Positions 55,517 through 64,000 of a stretch of DNA of 64,000 nucleotides are shown piece after piece. The stretch comes from a virus. Position 1 is the stretch's first letter. Each line of letters begins with the position of its first letter. A model generated the notes under the pieces. That model saw only the letters and a list, made by a program, of their open reading frames with translations, ran no database searches and was not told the DNA's origin. Made by a program: the position numbers and the translations under genes. The DNA is taken from the IMG/VR virus record IMGVR_UViG_3300013233_000773. One strand, given 5' to 3'.

Positions 55517-55692
55517 TCTGCAACCGGTGTGACAGGGACCTTCCGGAGTCCGAGTTTCCGCTCGACGGGGGCCGCAGGGGGAACCTCCGTAGGCAGTGCA
55601 AGGAGTGCATGCGGAAGATCAACAGGGAATATCGCCGGAAGCGCAAGGAGCGGATGCTCCGAGAGAAGCAGGGAGGTTCCGGCGGAGCATGA
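55513..55692 (+). CDS. Small Zn-finger protein (59 aa)
   Basis: Manually translated MICNRCDRDLPESEFP...QCKECMRK; ATGA-coupled on both sides and below the ORF-track cutoff. Confidence 0.6.
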   Translation: MICNRCDRDLPESEFPLDGGRRGNLRRQCKECMRKINREYRRKRKERMLREKQGGSGGA

Positions 55693-56525
55693 TGCGCCTA
55701 AACAGGCCCTTCCTGCTGTACGCCGACTGCCTAGTGCGGTACGACGGCAGGGCCAGTTCCAGCCTGGACCGTGGCAACTATCTGATCGTCCGGAAGGGAG
55801 ACGGCTCGCTAATGGTGCACGGAGCGTCCCGCCTAGTCCCCCTGAACTATCAGCCTGCGGGGGCTGTGATGACCGGAGCCGACGACGTCCTGACCAGCGA
55901 GCGTCGTGGGGAAACGATAACCATAACGGTGCACGGTGTGATCTTCTTCATGGAGATGAACTCCTGGTCAGACCTCAGGACCAGGATGAAGATGACCGAG
56001 AACGACCTGCGGGAACAGATCGTCGAAAACGTCTCCCAGATCGTCGGAGAGGACGTTACAGAGGTCTTCAAGGAATACCGCACGCCCTATGGCCCAGTGG
56101 ACCTGCTGGTCACAGCAGCCGGGCGTGACCACGTGATCGAGGTCAAGAGGGGCCGGGCAACGGTCTCGGCATGCACGCAGCTCCTGCGCTACCTGGAGTA
56201 CTTCAAGGAGACCGGAAGCGACGCGACCGGATGGTTGATGGCACCAGAGATAACCGACAACGCCAGGAAGTACTGCGAAAAGCACGGGCTGCGCTGGTAC
56301 GGAGTCCGGCACAAAGCTAGGAGACGAAAGGAGGACGACATGTCGCTTGGAACGATAGTCGAGCAGATACGTGGGGCCGACCAGCACAGGATAGTGCAGC
56401 AGGATGGCAAGCACCTCATCGAGGTGCTAAAGGGCGGACAATGGACGGCCGTCCATTCCTGCAGCAGTAGGCAGGTCGCCGAGGACGTCGTCAGACAGGC
56501 CAGCAGCAAGGTCATACTGGGATGA
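55689..56525 (+). CDS. nucS: NucS/EndoMS mismatch endonuclease with in-frame C-terminal extension
   Basis: 'CLVRYDGRASSSL','KGDGSLMVH','PLNYQP','ENDL','EYRTPYGPVDLL','IEVKR','QLLRY','LMAP'. Confidence 0.88.
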   Translation: MMRLNRPFLLYADCLVRYDGRASSSLDRGNYLIVRKGDGSLMVHGASRLVPLNYQPAGAVMTGADDVLTSERRGETITITVHGVIFFMEMNSWSDLRTRMKMTENDLREQIVENVSQIVGEDVTEVFKEYRTPYGPVDLLVTAAGRDHVIEVKRGRATVSACTQLLRYLEYFKETGSDATGWLMAPEITDNARKYCEKHGLRWYGVRHKARRRKEDDMSLGTIVEQIRGADQHRIVQQDGKHLIEVLKGGQWTAVHSCSSRQVAEDVVRQASSKVILG

Positions 56526-56833
56526 AGAAGACGCTCGTGGCGACGATAGACGCGACCGGAGTGCCGGAGTGGACCATCCGCGCCCTCATGAACCAGATGA
56601 AGGCATGGATCGACGCCAACCGCAGGACCCTCCCGTTCGAGGACATCCTCATGATGCCCATGGATGGACCGTCCAGGCTGTATTGGCTCGAGGGCGAGCA
56701 CGGCGATCCTGCGGATGAGAAGGCCCTCGAGGAGATCCGCGACAGGCTCAAGCCCCTGCTCGAGGTCGCGCTCGACCTCCGCCTGGACCGGGCCAACCAG
56801 TACGTCGTCCCGAAGAGGTTCAGGAGCAAGTGA
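56522..56833 (+). CDS. Hypothetical protein
   Basis: ATGA-coupled 103-aa ORF. Confidence 0.6.
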   Translation: MKKTLVATIDATGVPEWTIRALMNQMKAWIDANRRTLPFEDILMMPMDGPSRLYWLEGEHGDPADEKALEEIRDRLKPLLEVALDLRLDRANQYVVPKRFRSK

Positions 56834-57357
56834 ATCTACCAGGCCGCAGATATGACTACGAGCGTCCAGAACTGCCCAGGAAGCTGACCAGGACGGCCAG
56901 GAGGAGACCGGTCATGCGCAGACGGGAGGTACCGGGACATGGACGGGTCACCGCCCTGCGCGTAGCGAGGACCAGGATAGCCTCTGCAGACGCCGTGCGC
57001 CCCGAAATGCGCATAGGGCATAGGTGGTATCCGTTTCCGGACGGCAACTCCTTTCTGCACACCGTGATAACCAGCAGGTCCATAAACGGCACCAGGATGG
57101 GCAGTGACCACGGCTACCTCATCAAGGCCTGGAAGGACTGGCTAAAGAAATGGGCCAGGAAGAACGGAGTAAGGACCGAGATAGTTGAACCAGTCCGGAA
57201 TGACGCAATCAACGGGAAGGACCGCAAGAAGAAAAAGAAAGAAGGTAGAACAGAGAAGGACGTGAAGCAGGAGCAGGTAACGGCACCGCCGGCACCGGTA
57301 GAACAGGATGCTGTCCAGGACCAGCATGAAAACGGTCAAACCTCCATGGGAGGGTGA
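56830..57357 (+). CDS. Basic hypothetical protein
   Basis: GTGA-coupled 175-aa ORF. Confidence 0.55.
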   Translation: MNLPGRRYDYERPELPRKLTRTARRRPVMRRREVPGHGRVTALRVARTRIASADAVRPEMRIGHRWYPFPDGNSFLHTVITSRSINGTRMGSDHGYLIKAWKDWLKKWARKNGVRTEIVEPVRNDAINGKDRKKKKKEGRTEKDVKQEQVTAPPAPVEQDAVQDQHENGQTSMGG

Positions 57358-57569
57358 CCATGGACTTCCACATAATCGGAATCGGACTGGACGGTGACAG
57401 TCACGTCAGGATAACCAAAGCAGACCACCTGACCGTCCTCGGCGGCACTAAGGAGAGCCACGAACGGATGCAGGAGATGGGCATCAAGGCCGTCGAGCGG
57501 ATCCGCAGGAGAGGCAGACACCCCTCGGAAATGTCACGTCAGGAGCTAGTCGACGTCTTCAATGAGTAA
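57354..57569 (+). CDS. Hypothetical protein
   Basis: 'GIGLDGDSHVRITKAD..VLGGTKESHERMQE'; coupled ORF. Confidence 0.6.
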   Translation: MTMDFHIIGIGLDGDSHVRITKADHLTVLGGTKESHERMQEMGIKAVERIRRRGRHPSEMSRQELVDVFNE

Positions 57570-58098
57570 CAGGAACAGGCAAGCAGCGATATCTGACTCC
57601 CGGTCAAGACAGGACGCGACCGTAGAGACGGCCTACGGGACGCGCACCTGGTCGAAGTTCATTCACTCCAACAAGGATGGTAGGGCGGACTGCCAGCTCG
57701 TAACCATGCTGAACGCCTACTATTACATGTACGGCAGGCGGATACAGCAGGACTCGGCGACGTACGAGAGGCTGACGGACGAGTGTCACTGCAGGAACGG
57801 AACCGCCCTGCAGATAGATAAGCTACATAGGCGGTACAGGATGAGGACAACCGAGTATGGTGCCCTGGTCGGATTCAGCTCAAGGAACGTAGCCATGAAG
57901 TGGCTACCAGTGGAGGCAACCGTGCAGGACAGGAGATACGGAAGACACTCGGTCCTGATAATCGACTACGCACACCGCCCATGCGCAGTCCGCGTCCTGA
58001 ACGCAGGTCTTATGGATTGTGTGGCGTCGAACGGATGGACCCTGCTGGATATCTTCCTGCAGTTCGTCAGGTCCGCAAGGTCGTTCAAGCCGCTATAG
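57562..58098 (+). CDS. Papain-like (C39-like) peptidase-fold protein
   Basis: Cys 'ADCQLVTMLNA', His 'RHSVLII' and Asn 'VRVLN' in papain order. Confidence 0.5.
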   Translation: MSNRNRQAAISDSRSRQDATVETAYGTRTWSKFIHSNKDGRADCQLVTMLNAYYYMYGRRIQQDSATYERLTDECHCRNGTALQIDKLHRRYRMRTTEYGALVGFSSRNVAMKWLPVEATVQDRRYGRHSVLIIDYAHRPCAVRVLNAGLMDCVASNGWTLLDIFLQFVRSARSFKPL

Positions 58099-58331
58099 GT
58101 CCAGCGGTCCGTCCCACCGTTCAAGCCACGCCAGGGCCACTGCAGCGACCTGCACCAGCTCCTTGCGCGCATGCGCGCATGCGCCCGGTCTCCGTCGACG
58201 ATGCCCTGGGACGTCTCGCCGGCCTCCTCGACAAGGAGGGCAAGCCAGAACAAGTCCGAATGGCCATGCCTGCCCCATTTCGCGTCCTGTCTCGCACGTT
58301 CGGCAAGTATATCCTCGAGTGGATCAGGCAT
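58093..58331 (-). pseudogene. MazG-like nucleotide pyrophosphohydrolase, frameshifted
   Basis: Frame 1 'ERARQDAKWG..LVEEAGE', frame 2 'RKELVQVAAVALAWLE'; an 8-nt duplication at 58164-58184 shifts the frame. Confidence 0.75.
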
Positions 58332-59352
58332 GCCAACCCCCATTTACGTAACCTCCCACGAGATTGACCGACCTCCAGTCCGGAAGGTCGGAGACGTGGA
58401 GCCCGACTGAACCATGCGACTCGACGTAGTCAAGGGCCTCCCTATCCAGCAGGTGCCTCACTATCGTTCCGTCGGAGGTGTGCACTATGTGTAGACGGTC
58501 ACCATCCCAGCAATAGTTCGGATACGAGCCCGTCCTGCCGGACAGCCTAAGCAGCGGAGACGACCCAAGGATGGCACCGTTCCACCTGCCGAGGACCAGA
58601 CATCTCCTGTCGTTGCCATGGTTCCACACGACGAAGGGCGATCCGCTATCGTCATGTAGGGCCACCAGGGAGTTATTGGCGTTGGTCAAGCCAGACCGTA
58701 GAGGAAGCGACCATGACCGGCCATGGTTGTCGGACGTGAAGTACCACGCCCTCCTGGTAGGCGTCACGTCGCGCAGAAGGGCGTGCAGCGTCCTCCCGTC
58801 GTACCACAGGGTCGGCTGCATCATCGAGCCATTTCCGAAGCGTCCGTTCACCGCTCCGATCCTAGACCCTATGGATCCGCGACGCCACCAGTCCCTGCCG
58901 TCCTTGCTGGCCATGATGGTGCCATAGCAGTTCTTCTCACGGTAGGCAGGCAGTAGCCACCTTCCGTTCACCATTATCGGCTGACACCTTGCCAGGAATC
59001 CGATCCGGCCCCGGAAGGCACGCCTGACGTCTCCTGGCTCGCTGAGGTCGATGGTCCAGTTACTGCAGAAGGACCACCTATCGACCGGGTGACGGCACTC
59101 GTTATATCCCAGCTCGAACTTCGAGTACAGCAGGATAGCAGGATTAGTGGGGATCAGGACGCAGTTCCCCGTGCCACCCGGAAACGTCAGGCGTCCGGTG
59201 ACGCGGTCATCGACCATCCTCTCCACGACCACATGCTGCATGTCCGTGCACTCCATTCCGGAATAGTACGCGACCCATAGCGCATCCCTTGACCGGCACA
59301 CGGTTGCACAGTGAGAGGGTCTTCTGGAGTGAATGTACGTGACTGCAAGCAT
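58324..59352 (-). CDS. BNR/Asp-box (sialidase-like) beta-propeller
   Basis: Asp boxes 'SKDGRDW' and 'SDNHGRSW'; 'GRWLLPAY','QPTL','SYP'. Confidence 0.75.
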   Translation of the reverse strand: MLAVTYIHSRRPSHCATVCRSRDALWVAYYSGMECTDMQHVVVERMVDDRVTGRLTFPGGTGNCVLIPTNPAILLYSKFELGYNECRHPVDRWSFCSNWTIDLSEPGDVRRAFRGRIGFLARCQPIMVNGRWLLPAYREKNCYGTIMASKDGRDWWRRGSIGSRIGAVNGRFGNGSMMQPTLWYDGRTLHALLRDVTPTRRAWYFTSDNHGRSWSLPLRSGLTNANNSLVALHDDSGSPFVVWNHGNDRRCLVLGRWNGAILGSSPLLRLSGRTGSYPNYCWDGDRLHIVHTSDGTIVRHLLDREALDYVESHGSVGLHVSDLPDWRSVNLVGGYVNGGWHA

Positions 59353-59411
59353 CCGTAGTTCCTCGGGCCGCCCCAGGCCGTATCTACTGTGGGAGCGCGG
59401 AGAACCTGTCC

Positions 59412-61235
59412 ATGAAGATAGCCGTATATGCCATAACCAAGAACGAGGAGAAGTTCGTCGAACGCTTCATGGCGTCCTGTGGGGACGCCGACGAGGTCGT
59501 CGTGTGCGACACCGGAAGCGACGACGGAACCCTGTACCGCCTCAAGAGGACCAGAGCGAAGGTCGGGCACGTCAAGCTGACGTGGGACGACTGGCCCGAG
59601 ACTACCAGGACCGAGGAATGGAGAAGCAGGCTCGGACGTCCATGGCGGTTCGACGTGGCCAGGAACAAGTCCCTTGAACTGGTATCGGAAGACGTCGACG
59701 TCTGCATATGCCTAGACCTCGACGAGATACTCCTTCCAGGATGGCGGGACATGCTCGAGAAGACCTGGCGGGAGGACACGACCAGACTGCGCTACCGCTA
59801 CGTCTGGAGCTGGAAGGACGATGAGAAGGGAGTCCCGGACCTAGTCTACTATGGCGACAAGATCCACTCCAGGCATGGGTATGAGTGGAGGCATCCCGTC
59901 CATGAGGTTCTCTATAGGACAGGCGGGAAAGAGGTCCAGAGCTGGGCCAGGGACGCCACGCTCATAGAGCATCACCCGGACCATGGAAAGTCCAGGGGCC
60001 AGTACCTGCCCCTACTGGAAGCCTCCGTCAAGGAAGACCCTCTGAACGATCGGAACGCGCACTACCTTGGGCGTGAATACCACAACCGGGGGATGTGGGA
60101 CGAAGCGATCAAGGAGCTTGAGAGACACCTTGGACTGGAGAACGCGAGATGGGACGCAGAGAGGATGGCCTCCATGCGGTATCTTGCCCGCTGCTACAGG
60201 GCCAAGGGAAACGAGAACGAGAGGATCAGGTGGCTGCGGAGGGCCTGCGCAGAGTGCCCCGGCGAGCGCGAGCCATGGGTCGACCTGGCCCAGGCCGCGT
60301 TCGACAGCAAGGACTACCTGGAGGGGTACTTTGCGGCCGAGAAGGCCCTGTCCGTGAGGGATAGGTCGCTCTGCTACATGACCGAGGGCCTGGCGTGGGG
60401 CGACAGGCCATATGATCTTGGAGGCACGTGCGCGTTCTACGTGGGCCTGGTCGAGAGGTCGCGGAGGCTCAGCATCGAGGCGTGGCGCAGGAACAGGACC
60501 GACGCGCGCCTGGCCGGGAACGTTAAGCTGGTACGCCTTGCTTCACGCAACAACGTGCCGGCCGTAGTTCCCGACGTACACGTCCTGTGGCCCACCGTCC
60601 GGCCCGGTGCGTTCCTGGAGATGCTCCATGAGTGGCGCACGAGGGCGTCCGGAGAGTTCCGGCTGCGGGTCGCCGTGAACACTGCCGAACAGAAGGATGC
60701 AGTTGGAGAGTGCGGCGCGGAGGAGATAGTCGTGGTCGAGGGGTGTCGGGGCGTTGCGCGGGCCGCCCATGCCCTGACCAGCACCCTGGAGGCTCTTCCT
60801 GGGGACGTGGTCATCCTTGCCTCTGACGACTTCATGCCGGTCGAGGGCTGGGACGTGGAGGTCAGGAGGATGTTCTCGGACTTCGACGGCTGTGTGGTCG
60901 TCGACGACGGATGGAACAAGCGCAGGTGCGTTACGATCCCAATAATGGACGCTGCGTGCCTGTATAGGCTGCACGGCGTGATGTACCATCCTGCCTATGT
61001 CCATCAGTATGCCGACGAGGAGCTCTTTGAGGTGCTCGAGGAGATGAAGCTCCTGCGCGATGCGCGCGGCGACGGGGTGCGTACGTTCGAGCACCTTCAC
61101 TGGCATGCCGGAAAGAGGGAGAAGGACGACGTGGATGACGCGATAGCCGGTGCCTGCGAGGTGGACGAGGCTACGTTCCGGTCCCGCAGGAGGCTGCCGG
61201 TCCATAGGAAGATATTGATCGGCGGTCAAACCTAG
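59412..61235 (+). CDS. GT2 glycosyltransferase - TPR - second GT-A domain
   Basis: 'YAITKNEE','CDTGSDDGT','FDVARN','LDLDE','HPVHE', TPR-like helices, then 'ILASDDF','YADEEL','EHLHW'. Confidence 0.88.
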   Translation: MKIAVYAITKNEEKFVERFMASCGDADEVVVCDTGSDDGTLYRLKRTRAKVGHVKLTWDDWPETTRTEEWRSRLGRPWRFDVARNKSLELVSEDVDVCICLDLDEILLPGWRDMLEKTWREDTTRLRYRYVWSWKDDEKGVPDLVYYGDKIHSRHGYEWRHPVHEVLYRTGGKEVQSWARDATLIEHHPDHGKSRGQYLPLLEASVKEDPLNDRNAHYLGREYHNRGMWDEAIKELERHLGLENARWDAERMASMRYLARCYRAKGNENERIRWLRRACAECPGEREPWVDLAQAAFDSKDYLEGYFAAEKALSVRDRSLCYMTEGLAWGDRPYDLGGTCAFYVGLVERSRRLSIEAWRRNRTDARLAGNVKLVRLASRNNVPAVVPDVHVLWPTVRPGAFLEMLHEWRTRASGEFRLRVAVNTAEQKDAVGECGAEEIVVVEGCRGVARAAHALTSTLEALPGDVVILASDDFMPVEGWDVEVRRMFSDFDGCVVVDDGWNKRRCVTIPIMDAACLYRLHGVMYHPAYVHQYADEELFEVLEEMKLLRDARGDGVRTFEHLHWHAGKREKDDVDDAIAGACEVDEATFRSRRRLPVHRKILIGGQT

Positions 61236-61252
61236 AAGCAAGGAGGACTGCA

Positions 61253-61678
61253 ATGCCGGACGATGCACCGGACAGGGTCGTACTGGAGCGTCTGCTGTAC
61301 AAGATTCCTCAGTGCATAGACTACCAGAACCTGTATGCCATGGAGGACGAGTTCAACAAGGTCGGTCTGTCCGTCCATACCACTCCGAAGAATAGGATGA
61401 TCCTGTGCAGGGTAGTCGATGGCCGGATCGTGGCGGACAAGGTCATCGACGACTATATCTTCATCGGGAGCATCGAGGACTCGATGCGCGAACTGTCCGA
61501 GAGGGCGATATACAAGATCTGCAACTTCGTGCGCAGCAGGGCTGACAAGGCCAGCAAGCCGTTGAACATAGCCAGGCCGTGGCGCAATGGGCTGCGAATG
61601 AAGGACACAATCATGGTGGCCAACGAGGACGTAAGCCAGATAGCTGACGATCTTGACTCTGGACTATTGCTGGGATGA
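61253..61678 (+). CDS. Hypothetical protein
   Basis: 141 aa with AGGAGG RBS. Confidence 0.6.
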   Translation: MPDDAPDRVVLERLLYKIPQCIDYQNLYAMEDEFNKVGLSVHTTPKNRMILCRVVDGRIVADKVIDDYIFIGSIEDSMRELSERAIYKICNFVRSRADKASKPLNIARPWRNGLRMKDTIMVANEDVSQIADDLDSGLLLG

Positions 61679-61714
61679 TGCCCTGGCCGTCATTGCGCTT
61701 TAAAGGAGCATGGC

Positions 61715-62464
61715 ATGGTGACCAGAGGCAAGAGCGTCTTTTCTCGCGCCATGGTGGCTCCGAAGTCCGCAAGGTGCCCGGAGGTCGTGAACGACCTTCT
61801 GCTATATGCGCTGTTCGCCCGGGTGACGCTAACCCCGCACAATGAGCAGTGCGGCAGGACCATCGAGTTCTCCACTTCCTACGACGCGGCCACCAGGACA
61901 GTCGAGCTGGAGGTCGCGGACGACGACCTTAAGTTCTTCGACCAGCTCACCGGCGTTCAGCGCGGGCCCAGGTTCCAGAAGTTCATCAACTGGCTCATAG
62001 GGTCCAGGCAGTTCGAGTCCACGGTCACTCCTGACTTCGTGTCGGCGACCGCGTTCGACTTCTGGTATGGCGCGACCCCGACCCAGATGGAGGACGTTCC
62101 ACTGGTCCTGTTTCCGACGGTGGAGCCGTCCGCGATAGGCTATAACGCCAAGCTGAGGCCCACGAGCACCAAGGCGGTCATCTCCGCGACGTGGAAGTTC
62201 GTGTGCGGCAGCGGTTCGTCACTGACCGTCCGGGTAGTCGTGACGGTGATAAGCCCGGACCAGGATCCGTACGAGGTGGTGCACGATGCCATGGTCTCCA
62301 CGGCAGGACTGTCCGCCGGCGACGTCTTCGACACGGACCTGCTTTCCTTGTCAGTGCCCGCCGGAAGCGTCCTTGCCCTGTCCATGATGAGGAACTTCTC
62401 CGGCTCCACCGATCCGCACAGCGAAATGGTCGGGCTGATAGGGGTCAGGATCAGCGATGAGTAG
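61715..62464 (+). CDS. Hypothetical virion-like beta protein
   Basis: 249 aa, beta-rich C-terminus, in an operon with the collagen genes. Confidence 0.55.
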   Translation: MVTRGKSVFSRAMVAPKSARCPEVVNDLLLYALFARVTLTPHNEQCGRTIEFSTSYDAATRTVELEVADDDLKFFDQLTGVQRGPRFQKFINWLIGSRQFESTVTPDFVSATAFDFWYGATPTQMEDVPLVLFPTVEPSAIGYNAKLRPTSTKAVISATWKFVCGSGSSLTVRVVVTVISPDQDPYEVVHDAMVSTAGLSAGDVFDTDLLSLSVPAGSVLALSMMRNFSGSTDPHSEMVGLIGVRISDE

Positions 62465-63188
62465 ACCCGTTCCGGTCACCGACAAGGGGTGCGTCGAGTC
62501 GACCGCTGACCTTCCGTCGTCCGGCAACTTAGTCGGTGACTTCTACCTGGTCAAGGAGACCGGCGTCCAGTGGGTCTGGGACGGTTCTACCTGGATACCG
62601 CTGAACGTGGTGGCCCCGACCGGTCCTGGTTCCGGGTCTCCTGGCCCGACAGGACCGACAGGACCGACAGGACCGACTGGTCCCACGGGTCCGACTGGTC
62701 CCGCTGGGACTTCTGCAGCCACTGGCCCGACTGGCCCGACTGGCCCGACTGGCCCGACTGGCCCGACTGGCCCGACTGGCCCGACTGGCCCAACTGGCCC
62801 AAGTGAAGCCAGGTATTTCCTAAGGTACTCCGAAAGGTCAAGAGTTCCGGTCGGAGGAACGAGATATCTGCGCGCTGGACGCGTCGTCGTATCGGACACC
62901 GGTGACAGGCTGACGGCAGCGAGCACGCTGCGTGGAATAGCTGTCTCCGTGAATGCGTCGGATGCCACGAACGACTACGACGTCGAAGTTATAACGGACC
63001 CAGGGGGCACTCCAGTAGTGAAGGGGACCTTGTCCCTCCTTTCCGGTAGTACCGGCACGTCGCGGCGTGATCTTTCAGCATCGATTGCAGCCGGGGACGC
63101 CATCGGGGTTCGCCTCGTGCGGACCTCTGGTTCTGGCTCTTCAGACTTTAATAGGATCGTGGTCGAAGTCGAAGTAAGCATTCCATAG
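62457..63188 (+). CDS. Collagen-like (GPT repeat) fibre protein
   Basis: '[22 protein letters not shown]', two GPT runs and a globular C-terminus. Confidence 0.85.
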   Translation: MSRPVPVTDKGCVESTADLPSSGNLVGDFYLVKETGVQWVWDGSTWIPLNVVAPTGPGSGSPGPTGPTGPTGPTGPTGPTGPAGTSAATGPTGPTGPTGPTGPTGPTGPTGPTGPSEARYFLRYSERSRVPVGGTRYLRAGRVVVSDTGDRLTAASTLRGIAVSVNASDATNDYDVEVITDPGGTPVVKGTLSLLSGSTGTSRRDLSASIAAGDAIGVRLVRTSGSGSSDFNRIVVEVEVSIP

Positions 63189-63203
63189 GGAGCACCATGG
63201 TAG

Positions 63204-64000
63204 ATGGCAGAAACGCTGATCATCAAGTCCAATGCTCTCAGGGTCACGGAAGTCCTAATAGACGACCTTGGCTTCGCCATCCCTCCAAGCGGTGGGTCCG
63301 TCACCTTGACGGAACCGTCAGACCTGCATGACGCCAAGATATCCATCGATCTAAGAACGTTCCTGACGGACGACGTATTCGGTCCTTCATCGTCCACACT
63401 GATATTGAACGATGGCTCGTCTGACATTGCACAATCTGCCGTTGGCGACTTTCTGCGAATAACAGGTGGGGTTGTTGGTCCGACTGGTCCGACTGGTCCT
63501 GTTGGGATTTCTGGTCCGACTGGTCCGACCGGTTCTGCTGGAGTTGCTGGTTCCACTGGTCCGACCGGTCCCACGGGGGTTGCTGGACAGACTGGCCCGA
63601 CTGGTTCTGCCGGAGCTGCTGGCGTTGTGGGCCCGACTGGCCCAACTGGTTCTGTGGGGATTGCTGGTCCCACTGGTCCCACGGGAATTGCTGGACCAAC
63701 TGGTTCTACCGGAGTTGCTGGACCGACCGGCCCAACTGGCCCCACGGGAGTTGCTGGACCAACCGGCCCAACTGGTTCTGCGGGAGTTGCTGGACCGACC
63801 GGCCCAACTGGTTCCACGGGAGTTGCTGGACCAACTGGTTCTACCGGAATTGCTGGACCGACCGGCCCAACTGGTTCCACGGGGATTGCTGGACCAACTG
63901 GTTCTGCGGGAGTTGCTGGACCGACCGGCCCAACTGGTTCCACGGGAGTTGCTGGACCAACTGGTTCTGCTGGAGTTGCTGGACCGACCGGCCCAACTGG
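63204..64000 (+). CDS. Collagen-like (GPT/GVA/GST repeat) protein, N-terminal part (runs off window)
   Basis: Manually translated [14 protein letters not shown]...[19 protein letters not shown]..., with uninterrupted Gly-X-Y to the window end. Confidence 0.85.
   Translation, partial: MAETLIIKSNALRVTEVLIDDLGFAIPPSGGSVTLTEPSDLHDAKISIDLRTFLTDDVFGPSSSTLILNDGSSDIAQSAVGDFLRITGGVVGPTGPTGPVGISGPTGPTGSAGVAGSTGPTGPTGVAGQTGPTGSAGAAGVVGPTGPTGSVGIAGPTGPTGIAGPTGSTGVAGPTGPTGPTGVAGPTGPTGSAGVAGPTGPTGSTGVAGPTGSTGIAGPTGPTGSTGIAGPTGSAGVAGPTGPTGSTGVAGPTGSAGVAGPTGPT

Noticed and set aside
62543-63943. Minus-strand 'GPV' repeat ORFs and the 'WPD' frame
   Set aside because: These are antisense or alternate-frame shadows of the GPT collagen genes.
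1-64000. Stop-codon reassignment, a diversity-generating retroelement, tRNA genes
   Set aside because: Conserved genes are full length in code 11 and end at TAG/TGA/TAA. No reverse transcriptase or TR/VR pair was seen, and no cloverleaf with a T-loop consensus was noticed by eye (tRNAscan not run).
1-64000. Host assignment (for example Planctomycetota, suggested by Cys-rich proteins and sulfotransferases)
   Set aside because: Only circumstantial; needs RecA/NrdJ phylogeny or CRISPR spacer matches.

Overview
This is a 64-kb, GC-rich, densely coding segment of a large tailed (jumbo-type, T4-like gene content) bacteriophage read in the standard genetic code. No rRNA, tRNA, CRISPR array, integrase or reverse transcriptase was seen. 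From 1 to 43.7 kb the genes are mostly on the minus strand. They include a tape-measure N-terminus, a baseplate-hub-like protein, primase, a class II ribonucleotide reductase with a LAGLIDADG intein, glycosyl- and sulfotransferases, a Holliday junction resolvase, a 5'-3' exonuclease, gp32-like SSB, a UvsY-like protein, a compact family A polymerase, DnaB-like helicase, RecA, a Vsr/Mom-like fusion, DnaE split into two genes without inteins, tail-fibre tip modules, a GroES-like protein, an actin-like ATPase and a candidate unimolecular spanin. A ~1.4-kb non-coding gap (43.75-45.13 kb) holds a ~630-nt densely base-paired RNA-like element, direct repeats and twin palindromes, and coincides with an apparent GC-skew reversal (candidate origin). 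From 45 to 64 kb the genes are mostly on the plus strand: poly-Ser and Cys-rich virion-like proteins, DinG helicase, Mre11/Rad50, NucS, a frameshifted MazG, a BNR protein, a GT2-TPR-GT enzyme and GPT collagen-repeat proteins. Two recurring upstream motifs look like phage promoters: CAAAGATA before structural genes, and GTAT(T/A)T, often before apparently leaderless genes. The best candidates for novel biology are the large structured RNA at the putative origin, the intein-less split DnaE, and a glycosylation/sulfation system for collagen and poly-Ser virion proteins. All product calls come from motif recognition by eye; no database search was run.
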